64,000 nucleotides of DNA from Patescibacteria group bacterium. Its GTDB lineage: Bacteria > Patescibacteriota > Patescibacteriia > SG8-24 > DYFX01. The DNA is taken from NCBI GenBank assembly GCA_041659045.1, contig JBAZZB010000001.1, positions 198,111-262,110 on the forward strand, written 5' to 3'. The notes under the pieces were generated by a model, which made no database searches, was not told the origin of the DNA, and saw only the letters and a program-made list of their open reading frames with translations. Of this stretch, positions 61,524 through 64,000 are shown in pieces. The translations under genes and the position numbers were made by a program. Positions within the stretch are counted from its first letter, which is position 1. Each line of letters opens with the position of its first letter.

Positions 61524-62045
61524 ATGAAAAAAATTCTGTTGGACGAAAAAGAAATCGGTCTTGATGGAATGGATTTTCCGATTCTGATTCATGGAAGCGA
61601 CGGCTCAGGTGCCTCACTGTACACGATTTCGCTGGCTGCGGCTGCTCATGCGGAGGGTGAAAATCTGCTTTTTCTTTGCGGATTCCCGATGGCCGAGAAA
61701 GAATTCGATACGCAGGTTGGCGCGTCACATCCGCGCGCGCACTTTTTTACCAAAGAACATCTTGAAGAATTTAAGGCACGTTTGGAAAGTACGGAGCAAA
61801 ACGTTCTCTTCGTAAAAAACGCGGAGCTGTTTGATGAGGATTTGATCAACTCGGTCGTGCGTCACCAGCGCGCCGTCATTTCGGGGGATATTGAACGCTG
61901 TGCGGCGAAGGCTCTGCTTCTTGCTGCGCAATTTCCGACGAGAATTCTTTTTTCAAAGCTTGGGACGGAAGATGTTCCGGAACTTCAAAAATATCAAGCT
62001 TTTTATACCGGGAGCGGACGGAACGGTCTGACTTCACTCGCTTGA
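61524..62045 (+). CDS. Hypothetical protein with a degenerate P-loop
   Basis: ILIHGSDGSGAS: Walker-A-like but lacking the Lys; sits between coupled genes. Confidence 0.65.
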   Translation: MKKILLDEKEIGLDGMDFPILIHGSDGSGASLYTISLAAAAHAEGENLLFLCGFPMAEKEFDTQVGASHPRAHFFTKEHLEEFKARLESTEQNVLFVKNAELFDEDLINSVVRHQRAVISGDIERCAAKALLLAAQFPTRILFSKLGTEDVPELQKYQAFYTGSGRNGLTSLA

Positions 62046-62053
62046 CGCTGTCT

Positions 62054-63379
62054 ATGTACGAGCTGCGCGACCCCATCCACCAAACGATTGATTTTGATGA
62101 GCGCGAAAAAGCGGTTATCGATCACCCTGTTTTTCAGCGCATGCGCTACGTGCGACAGCTGGGGTTGTCGTATCTGGTCTATCCTGGATCGACGCACGAT
62201 CGCTTCAGTCACATGCTGGGCGCCATGCACATTGCGGGACGCGTCTGGGATAACATCGCGAGAGTCAGCGCGGACGTGCTCACTCCGATGTATACCAAGC
62301 GCGATCTCACGTACTTCCGTACGATTCTTCGTTTCGCTGCCTTGCTCCACGACGTTGGTCATGCGCCATTTTCGCACGTTTCCGAAAAATTAATGCCGAA
62401 GTTCTCCGCGCTTGAAACGCCGCGGGAATGGTATCGCGCGTATGATCTTGATGCTCCAGCGGAGCACGAAGATTATTCGGTCATGATGATTGCGGCGCTT
62501 GGGCGCGATCGCTCCGTGCCGATCGAGCCGTACATGGCACAGGATATCGCTTCGCTTTTGCATCACGGCATCAAACCATCGGCGCGCTGGAATAAAAAAT
62601 ACGGCGGCAAGAAAGGCGCAATCCACGATCTGCTCAGCTCGCTTATTTCTGGCGAGCTGGATGTCGATCGTATGGACTACTTGATGCGCGATGCCTACTT
62701 CACGGGAGTGGCGTACGGTTTCTACGACATGGATCATCTGATTCGAAACCTCGGCGTCACGCTCCTGAACGGACGTCCGACGCTGACAATCGACTCGACA
62801 GCGATGCGCGCTTTTGAGGATTTTCTCCTCGCGCGCTACCACATGTTCCTCCAGGTCTATCATCACAAGACGACCAACGGTTTTGATCATTTCTTGAAAC
62901 AGGCTTTCATGCGACGCGAGGTTCAGATCCATGTGCCTGGCACGGTTGCCGGCTATTTGGAAATGCGCGACAGTACGTTTCTTGAAGCGCTGTTCATGGC
63001 GGCGAAAGATCCCAAAAACGTCTGGTCACGACGCTTCGCAGAACGTGAGCCGGCCAAGCGGCTCTTCACGGCAAGTGGTGATCATCCGGAGTCGCGCGTC
63101 ACCATGCGAAAGCTGCGCAAGACGCTGACGAAAGCGGGCGTGCCTTTTTTCACCATCAACTCACATCAGTATCTTTCCAAGCTCGATGCCTTCCGCAAGT
63201 TTAAGAAAGCGGGGGACGCACGCATGTATGTGCGCGAGAAGTCCCTTAGTCGGAAAATCTACACGCCCGTCGAGCACTACAGCGCGCTTCTCAAGAAGTA
63301 CAACGAGGTCATTGATATCGTGAACCTCTACGTCTTGCCTGAGCACGAAGCGAAAGCGTTGAAAGCGATTGGGATGTAA
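62054..63379 (+). CDS. HD-domain phosphohydrolase (SAMHD1/YwfO-like dNTP triphosphohydrolase)
   Basis: RDPIH, FQRMRYVRQLG, YPGSTHDRFSH, ALLHDVGHAPFSH, HEDYS, ELDVDRMDYL.RD, ARY.MF.QVY.HK. Confidence 0.92.
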   Translation: MYELRDPIHQTIDFDEREKAVIDHPVFQRMRYVRQLGLSYLVYPGSTHDRFSHMLGAMHIAGRVWDNIARVSADVLTPMYTKRDLTYFRTILRFAALLHDVGHAPFSHVSEKLMPKFSALETPREWYRAYDLDAPAEHEDYSVMMIAALGRDRSVPIEPYMAQDIASLLHHGIKPSARWNKKYGGKKGAIHDLLSSLISGELDVDRMDYLMRDAYFTGVAYGFYDMDHLIRNLGVTLLNGRPTLTIDSTAMRAFEDFLLARYHMFLQVYHHKTTNGFDHFLKQAFMRREVQIHVPGTVAGYLEMRDSTFLEALFMAAKDPKNVWSRRFAEREPAKRLFTASGDHPESRVTMRKLRKTLTKAGVPFFTINSHQYLSKLDAFRKFKKAGDARMYVREKSLSRKIYTPVEHYSALLKKYNEVIDIVNLYVLPEHEAKALKAIGM

Positions 63380-63384
63380 GGCTG

Positions 63385-63410
63385 GACACGTCATTCGCGA
63401 ATGACGTGTC
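63385..63410. repeat. Perfect 26-bp palindrome with overlapping 9-bp direct repeats
   Basis: GACACGTCATTCG|CGAATGACGTGTC; CTGGACACG at 63382 and 63410. Confidence 0.8.
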
Positions 63411-63450
63411 TGGACACGGAGCGTTTTGCGTGCTAGAGTCGCGTATCACT

Positions 63451-64000
63451 ATGAACCTCGTAAAGCTCGCCAGCGCATTGGAAGGCCAACCGGCCTATCG
63501 CGTCGCCCAGGCGGCGGAACTCGTGTTTCGCGGCCTGATTTCCGATTGGGACGAGGCGACGTCGCTCTCCAAGGATCTGCGCGCCAAGCTGAAGGCAGAG
63601 GTGGTAATTTCGAGTGTCGAAAGCGTACGATCTTCCGCATCGATGAAGGGGGATACTCAAAAGGAAGCGCTTCGGCTGCATGACGGACAAATCATTGAAA
63701 CGGTGCTCATGCGCCATGAGGATGAGCGTGCGACGGTCTGCGTGTCGTCTCAGGCCGGGTGTCCCATGGCCTGTGCTTTTTGCGCGACGGGTACGCTCGG
63801 TTTGAAACGCAACCTCACGTCCGAAGAAATTATCGATCAGGTGCTGCACTTTGCGCGCCGTTTGAAAAAAGAAGGTGAGGCGGTCACGAACGTCGTCTTG
63901 ATGGGAATGGGCGAGCCGCTTCACAACTACGATAACGTCATGGAGGCGCTCAAATCGCTCAACGATCCGAAGGGATTCGGTTTTGGCGCGCGACGTATGT
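63451..64000 (+). CDS. rlmN: 23S rRNA (adenine-C2)-methyltransferase RlmN, 5' part (runs off the window)
   Basis: Manual translation (not in the ORF track): IETVLM, VCVSSQAGCPMACAFCATG, RNLTSEEIIDQV, NVVLMGMGEP. Confidence 0.93.
   Translation, partial: MNLVKLASALEGQPAYRVAQAAELVFRGLISDWDEATSLSKDLRAKLKAEVVISSVESVRSSASMKGDTQKEALRLHDGQIIETVLMRHEDERATVCVSSQAGCPMACAFCATGTLGLKRNLTSEEIIDQVLHFARRLKKEGEAVTNVVLMGMGEPLHNYDNVMEALKSLNDPKGFGFGARRM

Overview
Gene-dense bacterial window (roughly 55-60% GC by eye, standard genetic code, TGA used as stop). Gene content and layout point to a Patescibacteria/CPR genome, probably Parcubacteria-like (inference): VirD4-like ATPase plus its partner protein, many genes without a Shine-Dalgarno site, DUF5667-like anti-sigma factor. 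About 1.7-49.9 kb is a very large surface-glycan locus interrupted by murC and murB-hpf-secA. It encodes many GT4 glycosyltransferases, a priming phosphoglycosyltransferase, a Wzx flippase, an O-antigen-ligase/O-OTase-like protein, a WbpB/WbpE/WbpD-like diamino-sugar pathway, an amidotransferase, several methyltransferases, and a NeuB/KdsC/NeuA ulosonic-acid module with GmhA, a B12 radical SAM enzyme and a 2OG-Fe dioxygenase. The right end carries secD-secF, a type IV coupling protein, an ECF sigma/anti-sigma pair, an L,D-transpeptidase, an HD dNTPase and partial rlmN. Main observations: (1) a three-gene ATP-citrate-lyase-type module is translationally coupled inside the diamino-sugar operon and could supply both acetyl-CoA and oxaloacetate to that pathway; (2) GmhA next to a phosphate-dependent NeuB route may make an unusual ulosonic acid; (3) SecD carries an inserted parvulin foldase module; (4) two expression styles coexist, apparently leaderless genes versus SD-led genes with their own promoter and terminator. 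I recognised no rRNA, tRNA, CRISPR array or transposase. All family calls are from motif recognition by eye, not database searches.
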